64,000 nt of DNA from positions 3,104,001 through 3,168,000 of the forward strand of contig CAWELD010000003.1 in the NCBI GenBank assembly GCA_963809895.1, read 5' to 3'. Source of the DNA: an uncultured Gemmatimonadales bacterium. GTDB taxonomy: Bacteria; Gemmatimonadota; Gemmatimonadetes; Longimicrobiales; Gaopeijiaceae. A program made the translations under genes and the position numbers. Positions 28,687 through 39,652 of the stretch are shown here, in pieces. The number at the start of each line of letters is the position of its first letter. Position 1 is the first letter of the stretch. The notes under the pieces are model-generated. The model was not told the origin of the DNA, did no database searches, and worked only from the letters and a program-made list of their open reading frames with translations.

Positions 28687-31374
28687 ATGTCTGACCCCAT
28701 TACCCGTCTCAACCTCGCCCTCTCCGACCGCTACCGCATCGAGCGCGAGCTCGGCGAGGGCGGTATGGCCACGGTCTATCTCGCCCAGGACCTCAAGCAC
28801 AAGCGCTCGGTCGCCCTCAAGGTGCTCAAGCCCGAGCTCGCCGCCGTGGTGGGAGCAGAGCGGTTCCTGGCCGAGATCGAAACCACGGCGAACCTGCAAC
28901 ATCCCCACATCCTCCCGCTGTTCGATTCGGGCGAGGCCGACGGTTTCCTCTATTACGTCATGCCGTATATCGAGGGTGAGTCGCTCCGAGAACGGCTGGA
29001 TCGGGAGGGGCAGCTCCCGGTGGAGGAGGCAGTCCGACACGTCTCGGACGTGGCAGAAGCCCTGGGCCACGCTCACCGCCGAGATGTGGTCCACCGCGAC
29101 ATCAAGCCGGCCAACATCCTCATCCAGGACGGTCGGCCCGTGGTCGCCGACTTCGGGATCGCGCTCGCCGTGGGGAGCGCCGGAGGCGCACGCCTGACCG
29201 AGACCGGTCTCAGCGTCGGCACGCCGTACTACATGAGCCCCGAACAGGCCATGGGCGACGCCCCGGTGAGCGCCGCCAGCGACATCTACGCCCTGGCGTG
29301 CGTCCTCTACGAGCTCCTCGCCGGCGAGCCACCCTTCACGGGCGGCACCGCCCAGGCCGTCCTGGCCAAGATCATCACGGGGGGACCACCCTCGATCCTC
29401 GAGGTGCGGTCCGCGGTGCCGCGAAACGTGGACGCAGCGATCCGTCGCGCCCTCGAGCGGGTCCCCGCCGACCGCTTCCCTTCCGCGAAGGCGTTCCGGG
29501 AGGCGCTGGCCGATCCTTCCTTCCGCTATGGCGAGGATCCTGAGGCGACCGCTGGGCATCCCTCGCGTCGTCTTCGACTCGTCACCGCCGGCGCTCTCGC
29601 CCTCTCGGTGGCTACGACCGCGGTAGCGGTGGGGGCTTTCACCCGGCTGTCGGAATCACGAGGTCCCACGCGGGTGTTGACCCAGGAGCTGACCCTCGGG
29701 ATCGGCGCGCCCCGGACCAGCTTGAATATCGCCGAAGTGTCCGACGACGGCCGCTGGATTGCGTACAACGGCAGCGACCAGAGGGGCGTCGCCTCGATCT
29801 ACGTCCGGAACGTGACGGAGCAGGCGGCGAGGCTGCTGCCCGGTACGCGAGACGCGCGCCGTATGGCCATTTCGCGGACGAGCGACGAAGTCGCGTTCAC
29901 ACAGATATCCCTCGGACCGTTGAAGGTCGTATCTCTCGAGGGCGGGCCGGTACGGGTCCTGGCCGAGGGCGCCCAGGCGCGACCCGTCTGGGGGGACGAG
30001 CACATCTACTTCGTCAACGCCGAGCTCGGGATCAGCCGCGTACCCATCGAGGGCGGGGCGGTGGAACGGGTGACACCGGTCACGGACGACGGCGTGGTCC
30101 GAGCTCCCACCGACGTGTTGCCCGGGCGCGACGTCGTGATCTTCACCGAGTTCTCCCGCGGAGGGGGGGACGAAACGGTCCGGGCCCTTTCGCTCGCTTC
30201 GGGGGAGATGAAGACGCTCGCCGACGGAGCCGGAGGTGTCGTGAGAGACGGCGTCCTCCTCTTCGCCGCCGCATCGCAGGACGGCCTCGAGGCCGTCCCG
30301 ATCGACCCTGAGACCCTGGATGTAGCGGGCAAGCCGGTCACGGTGGCCACCGGGCTCGTCTCCGTCGGCCCCCTCTTCGGCGGGTTGCTGTTTCGCGTGA
30401 GCCAGTCTGGCGACCTGATCTACGGCATGGCCGGGCAACGCGAGGAGAGCGTGACTCATCCGGTGTGGGTCGATCGGTTGGGAAACGTCACCACCATCGC
30501 GACCGAGTGGCGCGTCTCGCCCGTGATCTCCGTGTCCTCGCTCGCTCTGTCACACGACGGCACCCGTCTCGCGGCGTCCAGCGGAGGAGCGGGCCAGAAC
30601 GACCTGGAGCTCTTCATACAGGATCTGCAGGGAGGACCTCTCCGGCGAATCGCCTTCGACGAGCCGATCAGCACCCGTCCCTTCTGGAGCCCGGACGACC
30701 AGGAAGTCTACTACTTCGAGGACCCCAGCGGGTCGTTCCTCGAAGGGAACCTCGTGGCCCGGCGGGCCGATGGAAGTGGTGATGCCCGCATCATCGTGCC
30801 CGACGTGGGCATCGGAGACGGGGCGTGGAGCCGGGACGGCGCCTGGATGGTCTTCCGGGTCGGTGTGCCGGCCCGCCCGAGCCGGGACATCTTCGCGCTC
30901 CGGGCGGGCACCACCGAGCCCATCGAGCTGGTGGCCACCGACGCCACCGAGCAGGCCCCGTCCCTGTCGCCGGACGGAAGGTGGCTCCTCTACCAGTCCG
31001 ACCGGACCGGGCAGCACGAGGTCTACGTGCGCCCCTTCCCCGAGGTCGACGACGGCCTCCAGCAGATCTCGCTCGACGGAGGGACCGAGCCGCGCTGGGC
31101 CCACTCCGGTCGGGAGATCTTCTATCGGGACGATGAGGGACGCATGGTGGCGGTACAGGTGGAGGCGGGCGACCGAGAGCTGCAGACGTTGGATCACGAC
31201 GTGCTCTTCGATGCCACCCCCTTCTGGTCGGACCCTGCTTCGCAGCAGTACGATGTCGCGCCCGACGACCAGAGGTTCCTGATGCTGCGAGGCGAAGCCG
31301 GTCGCAACAATCTCGTCGTGAGCTGGAACTGGTTCGAGCGGACCAGGCACTTGATCCAGGAGGCGAACCGGTAG
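28687..31374 (+). CDS. Hanks-type Ser/Thr kinase with TM and TolB/PD40 propeller
   Basis: GEGGMATVY, VALK, HRDIKPANIL, DFG, GTPYYMSPE; SPDGRW repeats. Confidence 0.95.
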   Translation: MSDPITRLNLALSDRYRIERELGEGGMATVYLAQDLKHKRSVALKVLKPELAAVVGAERFLAEIETTANLQHPHILPLFDSGEADGFLYYVMPYIEGESLRERLDREGQLPVEEAVRHVSDVAEALGHAHRRDVVHRDIKPANILIQDGRPVVADFGIALAVGSAGGARLTETGLSVGTPYYMSPEQAMGDAPVSAASDIYALACVLYELLAGEPPFTGGTAQAVLAKIITGGPPSILEVRSAVPRNVDAAIRRALERVPADRFPSAKAFREALADPSFRYGEDPEATAGHPSRRLRLVTAGALALSVATTAVAVGAFTRLSESRGPTRVLTQELTLGIGAPRTSLNIAEVSDDGRWIAYNGSDQRGVASIYVRNVTEQAARLLPGTRDARRMAISRTSDEVAFTQISLGPLKVVSLEGGPVRVLAEGAQARPVWGDEHIYFVNAELGISRVPIEGGAVERVTPVTDDGVVRAPTDVLPGRDVVIFTEFSRGGGDETVRALSLASGEMKTLADGAGGVVRDGVLLFAAASQDGLEAVPIDPETLDVAGKPVTVATGLVSVGPLFGGLLFRVSQSGDLIYGMAGQREESVTHPVWVDRLGNVTTIATEWRVSPVISVSSLALSHDGTRLAASSGGAGQNDLELFIQDLQGGPLRRIAFDEPISTRPFWSPDDQEVYYFEDPSGSFLEGNLVARRADGSGDARIIVPDVGIGDGAWSRDGAWMVFRVGVPARPSRDIFALRAGTTEPIELVATDATEQAPSLSPDGRWLLYQSDRTGQHEVYVRPFPEVDDGLQQISLDGGTEPRWAHSGREIFYRDDEGRMVAVQVEAGDRELQTLDHDVLFDATPFWSDPASQQYDVAPDDQRFLMLRGEAGRNNLVVSWNWFERTRHLIQEANR

Positions 31375-31491
31375 GTCGCGGCGGGGAGGTTCTTCCCCCC
31401 CGCTGCCCCGGGTGCGACGTGGCGGATCGGAGAAGAGGCGTCCAGATTGCGCGGCGGACTCCTCCCTGCCCCCCAGCCGCGATGAACCGCC

Positions 31492-32241
31492 ATGAGTGAC
31501 GGGCCGAGCCGACAGCCCCGCAGTCTACGTGCCTACGCCGCGGAGATCGCCGTCATCGTGTTCTCCATCCTGCTGGCGTTCACCCTCGACCGGGGGTGGG
31601 ACGCCTGGCAGGCACGGGGGGAGGAGCGGGTGGCCCTGGAGGGTCTCCGGGCGGACTTCCTCAAGAATCGGGAGGAGGTACGGACACAACTCTCCGCCGT
31701 CGAAGGCACCGCCGAGGCGTTCGTAACGGTGTTGGCCATCGTCGCCGCTCCGGAGACGTCCGGGGACACGCTCTCCCGGCCTACGCTCGGGGGCCTCTTC
31801 ACTGGGAACTCCCTGGACCCCTACACGGCCACGCTGGACCAACTGGAGTCGTCGGGGCAGATGGACCTCCTGCGCGACCCGGAGTTGCGGACGCTCCTGG
31901 CCCAGTGGCGCGCCGAGACCCAGGACGCGCGGAACGAGCAGGTGCGTTTCGTGGATCTCATCAGCGCGGTCCTGTGGCCGGCTCTGGTCGACGCGGGCTA
32001 TGCGTACCCCCTGGATTCCGTGAACTGGCCCGGCGTGCCCGCCGCCGCGCCCCAGCGCCCCGCGGGCGCCACGCTCGGAAGCCCGAGGATGGACGCACTG
32101 CTTCGGCAATTGGCCCTCCGGAACTTCTTCGTGCGCCAGGATCTGGATGAGGCCCGCGACGCCACCGAGGCCGTGCTGGCCCGGCTGGACCAGTTGCTGG
32201 GCACCTCGACCCCTCCCCCGTCGACCCTACCGACGCCATGA
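31492..32241 (+). CDS. Hypothetical membrane-anchored helical protein
   Basis: EIAVIVFSILLAF.LD..W N-terminal anchor; L.SSG.MDLLRDPELR motif. Confidence 0.75.
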   Translation: MSDGPSRQPRSLRAYAAEIAVIVFSILLAFTLDRGWDAWQARGEERVALEGLRADFLKNREEVRTQLSAVEGTAEAFVTVLAIVAAPETSGDTLSRPTLGGLFTGNSLDPYTATLDQLESSGQMDLLRDPELRTLLAQWRAETQDARNEQVRFVDLISAVLWPALVDAGYAYPLDSVNWPGVPAAAPQRPAGATLGSPRMDALLRQLALRNFFVRQDLDEARDATEAVLARLDQLLGTSTPPPSTLPTP

Positions 32242-32630
32242 CCGATGTGGACCGCAGGAGGTCCAGGCTGTGCGGATCCCGCACCTGCCCCCCACACAGC
32301 ATGCAGCACTGCTTCGTGGAGCTCCGGGAGGACGTGGACCCACCCGTCCTGTTACGCGCGCCCCAAAGCCCACGCCACATGCTCCCGCACCAGAGACTCC
32401 GGATCCTCCAGCGCCTCCCGCAACACCTCCACCGCCTCCTCCGGCGGCTCGTCCACCGAAGCCAGCCAGTTCCCCATGGCCACCGCGACGTTGCGCTTGA
32501 ACCCGGCGTAGCCCGCCCGCCGAATCGCCGAGCCACGCGAGAACGCGTCCCAGTCCTCGCGGGTCATCCGCATCAGCTCCACCAGCGACGGCGCATAAGT
32601 CCCCGGATGCGGGGGATTACCGACACCCGA

Positions 32631-32707
32631 CGTTTCAACTGAAAGATTCTCTTCGGTCAGCCCGGGATCGGCCCGGCCTCTACCATCGCGCGTTTCAGCT
32701 GAAACGC
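32631..32707. promoter_or_regulatory. Two parS-like palindromes 60 bp apart
   Basis: GCGTTTCAGCTGAAACGC (32690-32707, perfect) and CGTTTCAACTGAAAG (32631-32645). Confidence 0.4.
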
Positions 32708-32803
32708 TCCTCCGCCGGGAACCCCTCCACCCAGAAGGGCAGCTCCCCCGCCCCCCGCGCCGCATACCCCGGCTCCGCGCTCACCTCCGCGAAGCGCACG
32801 TTG

Positions 32804-32821
32804 AACGGACACACCTCCTGG
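32804..32821 (+). repeat. att core, left copy (AACGGACACACCTCCTGG)
   Basis: Identical to 41997-42014; flanking bases differ on both sides. Confidence 0.92.
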
Positions 32822-32904
32822 GAGGATTGCCCACTTCCGCGTTACGGGATTTCGCTGAGTACGGGCGATTCAAACAGGGATCGGGCGAATGCTGATCCTG
32901 ACGC

Positions 32905-34024
32905 TCATTCGTGAAGAAGGAGTTCTCGGGCTTCCTGCATTGCCAGGGCTGCTTCCTCTTCACTCAGTCGGATGACGAGATTCCCGGAGGGCTGATCCCC
33001 CAGCCATGGACGCATGTGTTTCCGCCACAGGTCGTAGAGTACAGGCGGGTCAACCGGCACCGGATAGGATCCAAGCGCGAAGGAGCGTCGCGTTCTCGCA
33101 TCATCGTCGAGCTGTTCCCAGTCTTCGGCTGTCGCCCGAAGGCCTGCCTTCAGATCCTGACCGGTGACGAAGGACTGCTCCGCTCCGGTCAGTTGCGGAG
33201 CAAGAAGGCGGTGAACTCGGTCGTCGGAAGCGAGCACATGGGCAAAGGGCATGTAGAAGAGGTACTGCAGGTCGATGAGGTGGGTAGCTCGATCAGAAAG
33301 GAACCGGTGACGTACGGCGATCGCGAGTGAGAGCAGGCACCGAATGCAATGGGCAGCGTACGGGGCGTACTCCTGAGCGTAGGTGAAACCAGAGGCCTGC
33401 CATTGCCGTCTTGCTTGTACCCGTTCAGGCTCGCGAGTTATCAGGGTCTGGAGGGCCCACTCGAACCACACGTCCTGAAGCGCCGTCACCGCCAGCAGGT
33501 CATCCGCGATCAGAACGATTCGAGATTCAGAGTCTGGACGGGGGAGAACGACACGGTTCTCGTTCAGGTACCGCGAAAGAGACGCGACGGAGGCCGAGCG
33601 CAGTGAGCCGCCGCCAGTACGCCGACATCTCAGCCTCTGATTCCGTGAACTGCCCCTGCGACCAGCGGAGGATCGCCTCGTTGAGCGGCGACAAGTCGAT
33701 GTGGACGCCACCTGAGCTGCTCTGGAAGAAGTTGTCGGGAAGGATCTGCCCCGTCATGGGAACCACTCCGCCCAGGAGATCGACGCGGGCGAGTTCCCGA
33801 TACGGGGCGTTCACGGGCCCTCCACTCCCACCGAACTTCCTTGCGAGCGTGGCGACCGCATCGGCGGGCCGTTTGCCGGCTGCCACATCCTTCGTGAGGT
33901 CTCCCAGCACCTCGTAGACGAGCACTGGCGTGATGTTCGGGTACAGATGCTGGAACACCACCACGTGCTCCCTCGCAGAGAGAGCCTGGAACGCTGACTT
34001 GTCGAAGATCGTGATCGGCCCCAT
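32905..34024 (-). CDS. Hypothetical, possibly PIN-like nuclease; one indel near 33600
   Basis: N-terminal TIFDKS and VYEVLGD; C-terminal IDLQYLFY...VLASDDRVH; joins ORFs 33527-34039 and 32905-33711. Confidence 0.6.
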
Positions 34025-34119
34025 GGGCCTTACCTCCACCTCGGGGCCGGTTGAGCTGGCCGATCACTTCCGTGTGGGTTTGCCGCCGCCGGTCAGCCAG
34101 TCAGGGTAGGCCCATCCAG

Positions 34120-36639
34120 TCACGGCAGTCGCGATTCGATCTCTACCTGGGCGGCGGATCGCACCTGCGCTTCTATCTCGGCTTCAACAGCAGTGTATAG
34201 GTCGATCTCCTCCTCGGGAGCGCGGATGCTCACGACGAGCGAGTACCGGGCGGGGAGGTGGTAGCGGTCCATGGCCACGTCGTCCTTCCACCATCCGCCA
34301 ACGGGGTAAATGCCAATGGCGTTTCGGTGAGCCAGGTCGGCTGCGGTCCCTCGCCAGACGTCCGAGTGGATTGAGCCGGAGTTCCTGACGCGCGTGTGGA
34401 GGTCCCAGCGGTCCGAATCTGCCGGACGTACCACGTCGACGTCATCCGACCGCTCAGCTCCACTCAATCGAGCCCGGAACTCGTCGTCCGTCTCGAGCGG
34501 ATGCTTAGCCTCGAACCTGAGGCCGTGCGAAGCATACTGATACCGTCGCTTCCAGCCCCTGTCACCGGGCCTTGGTTCGATGAAGTAGCTGAGCGTGACG
34601 CGCATTTCTACCTCGACCTCCCCGAGGTCGAGCATGAGGTCTTGCGGCCACGGCAGCGGATGAATGTGCATCTCTCGCGTACGCGCGGCTGCGCCGTTCC
34701 GCTCATACGGGCGAAGTTCATCTTGCGCCACGAGGGTGAGGTCATTCCTGGCGCTGTAGAGCGCCCTTTCGAGACTCGGCACGCCATACCCGAAGCGCCT
34801 GAGCAGCGTCTGCTTGTCGAGCAGCCTCAGGGTGCGCACGTCCGCACGCGACCTGGCTCCGGCGCGCCGTAACATGGCTGGTGTCCACTCGGCCGAGTGC
34901 ACAATGAGCGCCCGGATAGTTTCCGGCCATGCATTTGGAAGCTCGGCCGTCAGGTGGCCCGCGAGCTGCGCCGCAAGCGCGGAGGCCGCGCTCGTGGCCC
35001 CGAAGGGGCGATACAGCGCGAGCGCGAGCTGGTTGTTGGTTGTCAGCAGGCTCAGGTCATCGTGTGAGACGGCATGCCGACCGTTCACGATGAGGTTGCC
35101 ACCTTCAAGGACAACGTCCGGCTTGCTCGGCCATGACCTGTCCCACGGGACGGCAGTGCGACTCGTCGGGCACAGGTCTCCCGCGTCGGCCAATGGGGTT
35201 GCGTGCTGGACGGCCGGGTCCACGATGTTGACCCGTTCAGTGAACGCCCCCACGGTGAGAGCGTTCCACGCTTGGGCGGGGCTCTGGATGCCCGCGATGT
35301 CGTTCGCGTCAAGGTAGCCGGCCGGCGTGATCTGGTCCTCGTGCAGGTTACCGGCGGCGACGACGATAAGCCGCCGCGGCTCTCCGTCACCTCCGAAGGC
35401 CATTTGATCCAGTGCCGCCGACCACGAAGACGGCGTACCCCCGTCGTTCGCCGTTTCGGTCGTGGCAAGACAGACAACGCGGCGTCTATGCGGGGCCTGA
35501 GCCTCGGCGCGTGCAACACCCTCCTGCGTGATCGCACCGTAGAGTTCCGGCGGGTTCTGGCCAGATGGAGGGAGGATCTTGACGGCCTCGAGGCGATGCG
35601 TTCGGCGGACGGCGCCAGCCCCAGCAAGCACCCCCGTGAGATCACCGAACGCAGCGAGACCGGCCATGCCCGTGCCGTGTCCGCGCCATCGCGCTGCGTC
35701 ATCGGCCACGCCCCAACCCGGTTCGACCGTGTGTTGGTCGGCGGCCGCCAGAATATCTTCGAGGAGCGGATGCTCACGATTCGCCCCGCTGTCGAGCACC
35801 GTCACAGCTGTTTCGGATTCGACCGGACCGAGGCGCTCCCGCAGGTCCTCGGCCCACGCGGCTTGCTCGCGTGCGGGGAGGTCCAGAAAGAACGTCGGGA
35901 CATCGCCCGCGAGCCTGACCTCAGCGAAGGCAAGCGACTCATGCATGAGCGCAGATAGCCGCTCTGGCGTCGCCAGAGCCAACACCACCTCGCGACCTGG
36001 AAACGTGAGGAAGTGGGGCCGAACCGTGATCTCCAGAGTTCCGGCTGCCGCGAGGAAGACGTCTCGGCGCCCACTCCGGAGCCAGACTTCCCACCACGCT
36101 TCCTGATGAGGCGGTGGGAATGATTCCTGATCCCCCACGTAGATGGAGCGAAGCTCGGCCAGTCGAGCCGTTTCCATCCGCGTAACGAGCCGCTCGTTCC
36201 TTGGGCGTCCGCTACGGCTGTCCTCTCTGGTTCGGTATGCCTCTACCTTGCGGATGATCCGGTCTCCAGAGTCCTGAGGCACGAACAGCGTCGCGACAAG
36301 CTGGTCCTGTTCTTCGTCCGCTCGCGCCGACAGGAGTTCGATATTTCGGACCCGGTGTTCCAAGCTCTGCAGGACCGCTTCCTCACCCGACGGCAACCTG
36401 ACTTCCAAGTAGTATCCGAGTTCGTCGTTCGCGAACTCCGTCCTACGGTTCTCGAGAACCACGTCCCCCTCGGCGAACGCCTCTCGCAGTGCAGTCTCGA
36501 GCGCACGAGCGTGCGCCTCACGATTCCGAGCGGGGTTCGGGGGGTGCTCTATGGGTGGGCCGGGCGGGCGGGTGTACGGAGCAGGTTCGCCGCCGCCTTC
36601 GCGGTAGAAATGCGGAAGGTCGCGAGGGTACACAAGCAC
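34120..36639 (-). CDS. S8 subtilisin-like peptidase (IetS-like)
   Basis: Catalytic triad motifs VLDSG, HGTGMAG, GATSAASA; AAGN; KPDVVLEGGN; directly downstream of AAA ATPase. Confidence 0.93.
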   Translation of the reverse strand: MLVYPRDLPHFYREGGGEPAPYTRPPGPPIEHPPNPARNREAHARALETALREAFAEGDVVLENRRTEFANDELGYYLEVRLPSGEEAVLQSLEHRVRNIELLSARADEEQDQLVATLFVPQDSGDRIIRKVEAYRTREDSRSGRPRNERLVTRMETARLAELRSIYVGDQESFPPPHQEAWWEVWLRSGRRDVFLAAAGTLEITVRPHFLTFPGREVVLALATPERLSALMHESLAFAEVRLAGDVPTFFLDLPAREQAAWAEDLRERLGPVESETAVTVLDSGANREHPLLEDILAAADQHTVEPGWGVADDAARWRGHGTGMAGLAAFGDLTGVLAGAGAVRRTHRLEAVKILPPSGQNPPELYGAITQEGVARAEAQAPHRRRVVCLATTETANDGGTPSSWSAALDQMAFGGDGEPRRLIVVAAGNLHEDQITPAGYLDANDIAGIQSPAQAWNALTVGAFTERVNIVDPAVQHATPLADAGDLCPTSRTAVPWDRSWPSKPDVVLEGGNLIVNGRHAVSHDDLSLLTTNNQLALALYRPFGATSAASALAAQLAGHLTAELPNAWPETIRALIVHSAEWTPAMLRRAGARSRADVRTLRLLDKQTLLRRFGYGVPSLERALYSARNDLTLVAQDELRPYERNGAAARTREMHIHPLPWPQDLMLDLGEVEVEMRVTLSYFIEPRPGDRGWKRRYQYASHGLRFEAKHPLETDDEFRARLSGAERSDDVDVVRPADSDRWDLHTRVRNSGSIHSDVWRGTAADLAHRNAIGIYPVGGWWKDDVAMDRYHLPARYSLVVSIRAPEEEIDLYTAVEAEIEAQVRSAAQVEIESRLP

Positions 36640-36651
36640 GTCAGCCGATCG

Positions 36652-37629
36652 TCACCGGTGTGAGGATTTTCGTTCTGCGATCGCAGAAAGGAGGGTATCG
36701 AGGTCGATCTGGGGCTTCCGCTCGAGAATCGCCGTCTTCGCTGCCTCGTCCGCGGCTCGGGCGACATCGGCTTGGCTCATTCCGGAGGCGGCGCCAGCAA
36801 CTGTCTCCCAGTCGACGGCGCTCGTATCGAACGTCGCAAGCCGCGCATGCATAATCCCGATGGCCACTTCCGCACCTGGCAGAGAGTATTCGATCACATC
36901 GTCGAACCTGCGAAACAGAGCGGGATCGAGTAGTTCCAGATGGTTCGTCGCTGCGATGACAAGCCCTTCGGATTCGTCCTGTTCGAGGAACTGCAGGAAT
37001 GAGTTGAGTACTAGGCGTATTTCTCCGACATCGTTGCCGGCGGACCGCCGGGAGCCGATAGCGTCGAACTCGTCGAAGAAGTAGACGCCTCGCGTCTGTG
37101 CCATGGCGTCGAACACGAGCCGGAACTTGGCGGCAGTCTCTCCCAGGAACTTCGTCAGGACACCCTCCAACCGGATTGTGAAGAGAGGGAGTTTCAATTC
37201 GCCGGCGAGGGCTGCCGCCGTCATCGTCTTGCCCGACCCGGAGGGGCCTACCAGCAACAGCTTTCTCCGTGGCATAAGCCCGTGGGAGCGAAGCTTCAAC
37301 TGTTGCTTCTGCTCATTCAGAACCCGTTTGAGCCGAAGGGCGACCTCATCGGTCAAGACCATGTTGCCGAGCCGAAGGTCCGGGTAGATGACCGAGAGCA
37401 GGTTCGCGATGTCGCCCTGAGGCGGCGTGAGCGGAATCGCGCCCTTGCGCTCGACGGCTGACCGCTTCGCCTTCGCTTCGTCGATGAGCTCACGAAGCTC
37501 CTGTGCGATCTTGGAGTGACCCCGACGAGCCTCATGAGCGGCGGCTTGCATGGCCACGGCCATGAACTGTGCATCATACCCCTCGATGTGGCTCCGCAGC
37601 AGAGCGATGATGTGGCGAGCTGTGCTCAT
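36652..37629 (-). CDS. AAA+ ATPase (IetA-like)
   Basis: Walker A GPSGSGKT, Walker B FFDEFD, SRH AATNH..LLDPALFRRFD. Confidence 0.95.
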   Translation of the reverse strand: MSTARHIIALLRSHIEGYDAQFMAVAMQAAAHEARRGHSKIAQELRELIDEAKAKRSAVERKGAIPLTPPQGDIANLLSVIYPDLRLGNMVLTDEVALRLKRVLNEQKQQLKLRSHGLMPRRKLLLVGPSGSGKTMTAAALAGELKLPLFTIRLEGVLTKFLGETAAKFRLVFDAMAQTRGVYFFDEFDAIGSRRSAGNDVGEIRLVLNSFLQFLEQDESEGLVIAATNHLELLDPALFRRFDDVIEYSLPGAEVAIGIMHARLATFDTSAVDWETVAGAASGMSQADVARAADEAAKTAILERKPQIDLDTLLSAIAERKSSHR

Positions 37630-37774
37630 CGTCGAGGAGTCCGAATCTTCTGGTGGGACCGGTGTGCCGTCGTGTGCCGTACGCGCGAGTAAAATGGTTC
37701 GGGATCAAAGGGGAATATATCCTGGCCCTCGATTCTGGCCCGGCCGCTTTGATGGTAGGATGTAAGCGGCCTCG

Positions 37775-38757
<983 letters not shown>

Positions 38758-39193
38758 GTCTCTGGCGGCGAGATTCACCCTTCTCAATCTGGCCTCCGGG
38801 AGGCGGCACCGCCACCGGATGACCCACCGCCTGCCCGGCAAGGGGGCATGTATCGTGTTGGTGAGCACCAAGCCTTGACGACGACGTTCCCCGACCGCGC
38901 CTCACATCACGTCAGCCCGCCTGAATGGAGGTGGTGCATAGTTGCCGCACCTGACCCCGTCGCAGTCTGCAACCCTTGCGGGCGGATAGCGCCGGCCGGC
39001 CGGCCGGTGTAGGCATCCGCGTTCACGTGTTGTCGAAAGGGCCTTCCTCCAACGACGCTATCCCTTCCCTGGCGCGGTGGCCGCTCCAACTCGAATCCGT
39101 GAATCCCCTCACCACCGGTACAGTGGCATCCAACAGACCAGCCCGCCTCCGGGAAAGGCGATCCCACACGAATCGAAGACCGGGAGACGCGCA

Positions 39194-39571
39194 ATGTCGC
39201 AAGCTCTGAATGCCATCGCGAAGGACTGGCGCCAGGAGGCCGATAATCTCAGCAGCCGCTACGCAGATGGCCGTCTCGCTGCGCTCTGCGAGACCCACGC
39301 CGGAGAGTTGGACGCACTCCTCAGGACCCAGCTCGACGAGGAACTGACTTTGAAGCAGGCAGCTCGGATCAGCGGATACAGCTATTCGCACCTGCGTCGC
39401 CTCCTGGACGCGGGGGAACTGGCCAACATGGGGATCGAAGGGCGCCCCCGCGTGCGCCTTGGTGATCTGCCGTTCAAGGCTGGGCGGGCCGTGCCCCTCG
39501 GAGCGCTGAGTGCCGCGAAGCGGGCGCAGAGCCGTGTGAAGGCCAAGGGTCGGGTACGCCCGATCGGGTGA
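39194..39571 (+). CDS. HTH_17/excisionase-like DNA-binding protein
   Basis: LTLKQAARISGYSYSHLRRLLDAGEL; immediately upstream of the recombinase. Confidence 0.8.
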   Translation: MSQALNAIAKDWRQEADNLSSRYADGRLAALCETHAGELDALLRTQLDEELTLKQAARISGYSYSHLRRLLDAGELANMGIEGRPRVRLGDLPFKAGRAVPLGALSAAKRAQSRVKAKGRVRPIG

Positions 39572-39652
39572 CGAAGGGGGAGTGCCCGCCGGTGGGGCGG
39601 GATCGCAACTACGAAGGGCACACACTCACACGAACACAGACCCCTCAGATCC

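Larger units (their letters stand above)
32352..32821 (-). pseudogene. queG: Displaced original 3' end of queG
   Basis: Begins QEVCPFNVRF at the att repeat; continues (one indel) FSRGSAIRRAGYAGFKRNVAVAMGNW...LVREHVAWALGRA. Confidence 0.88.
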
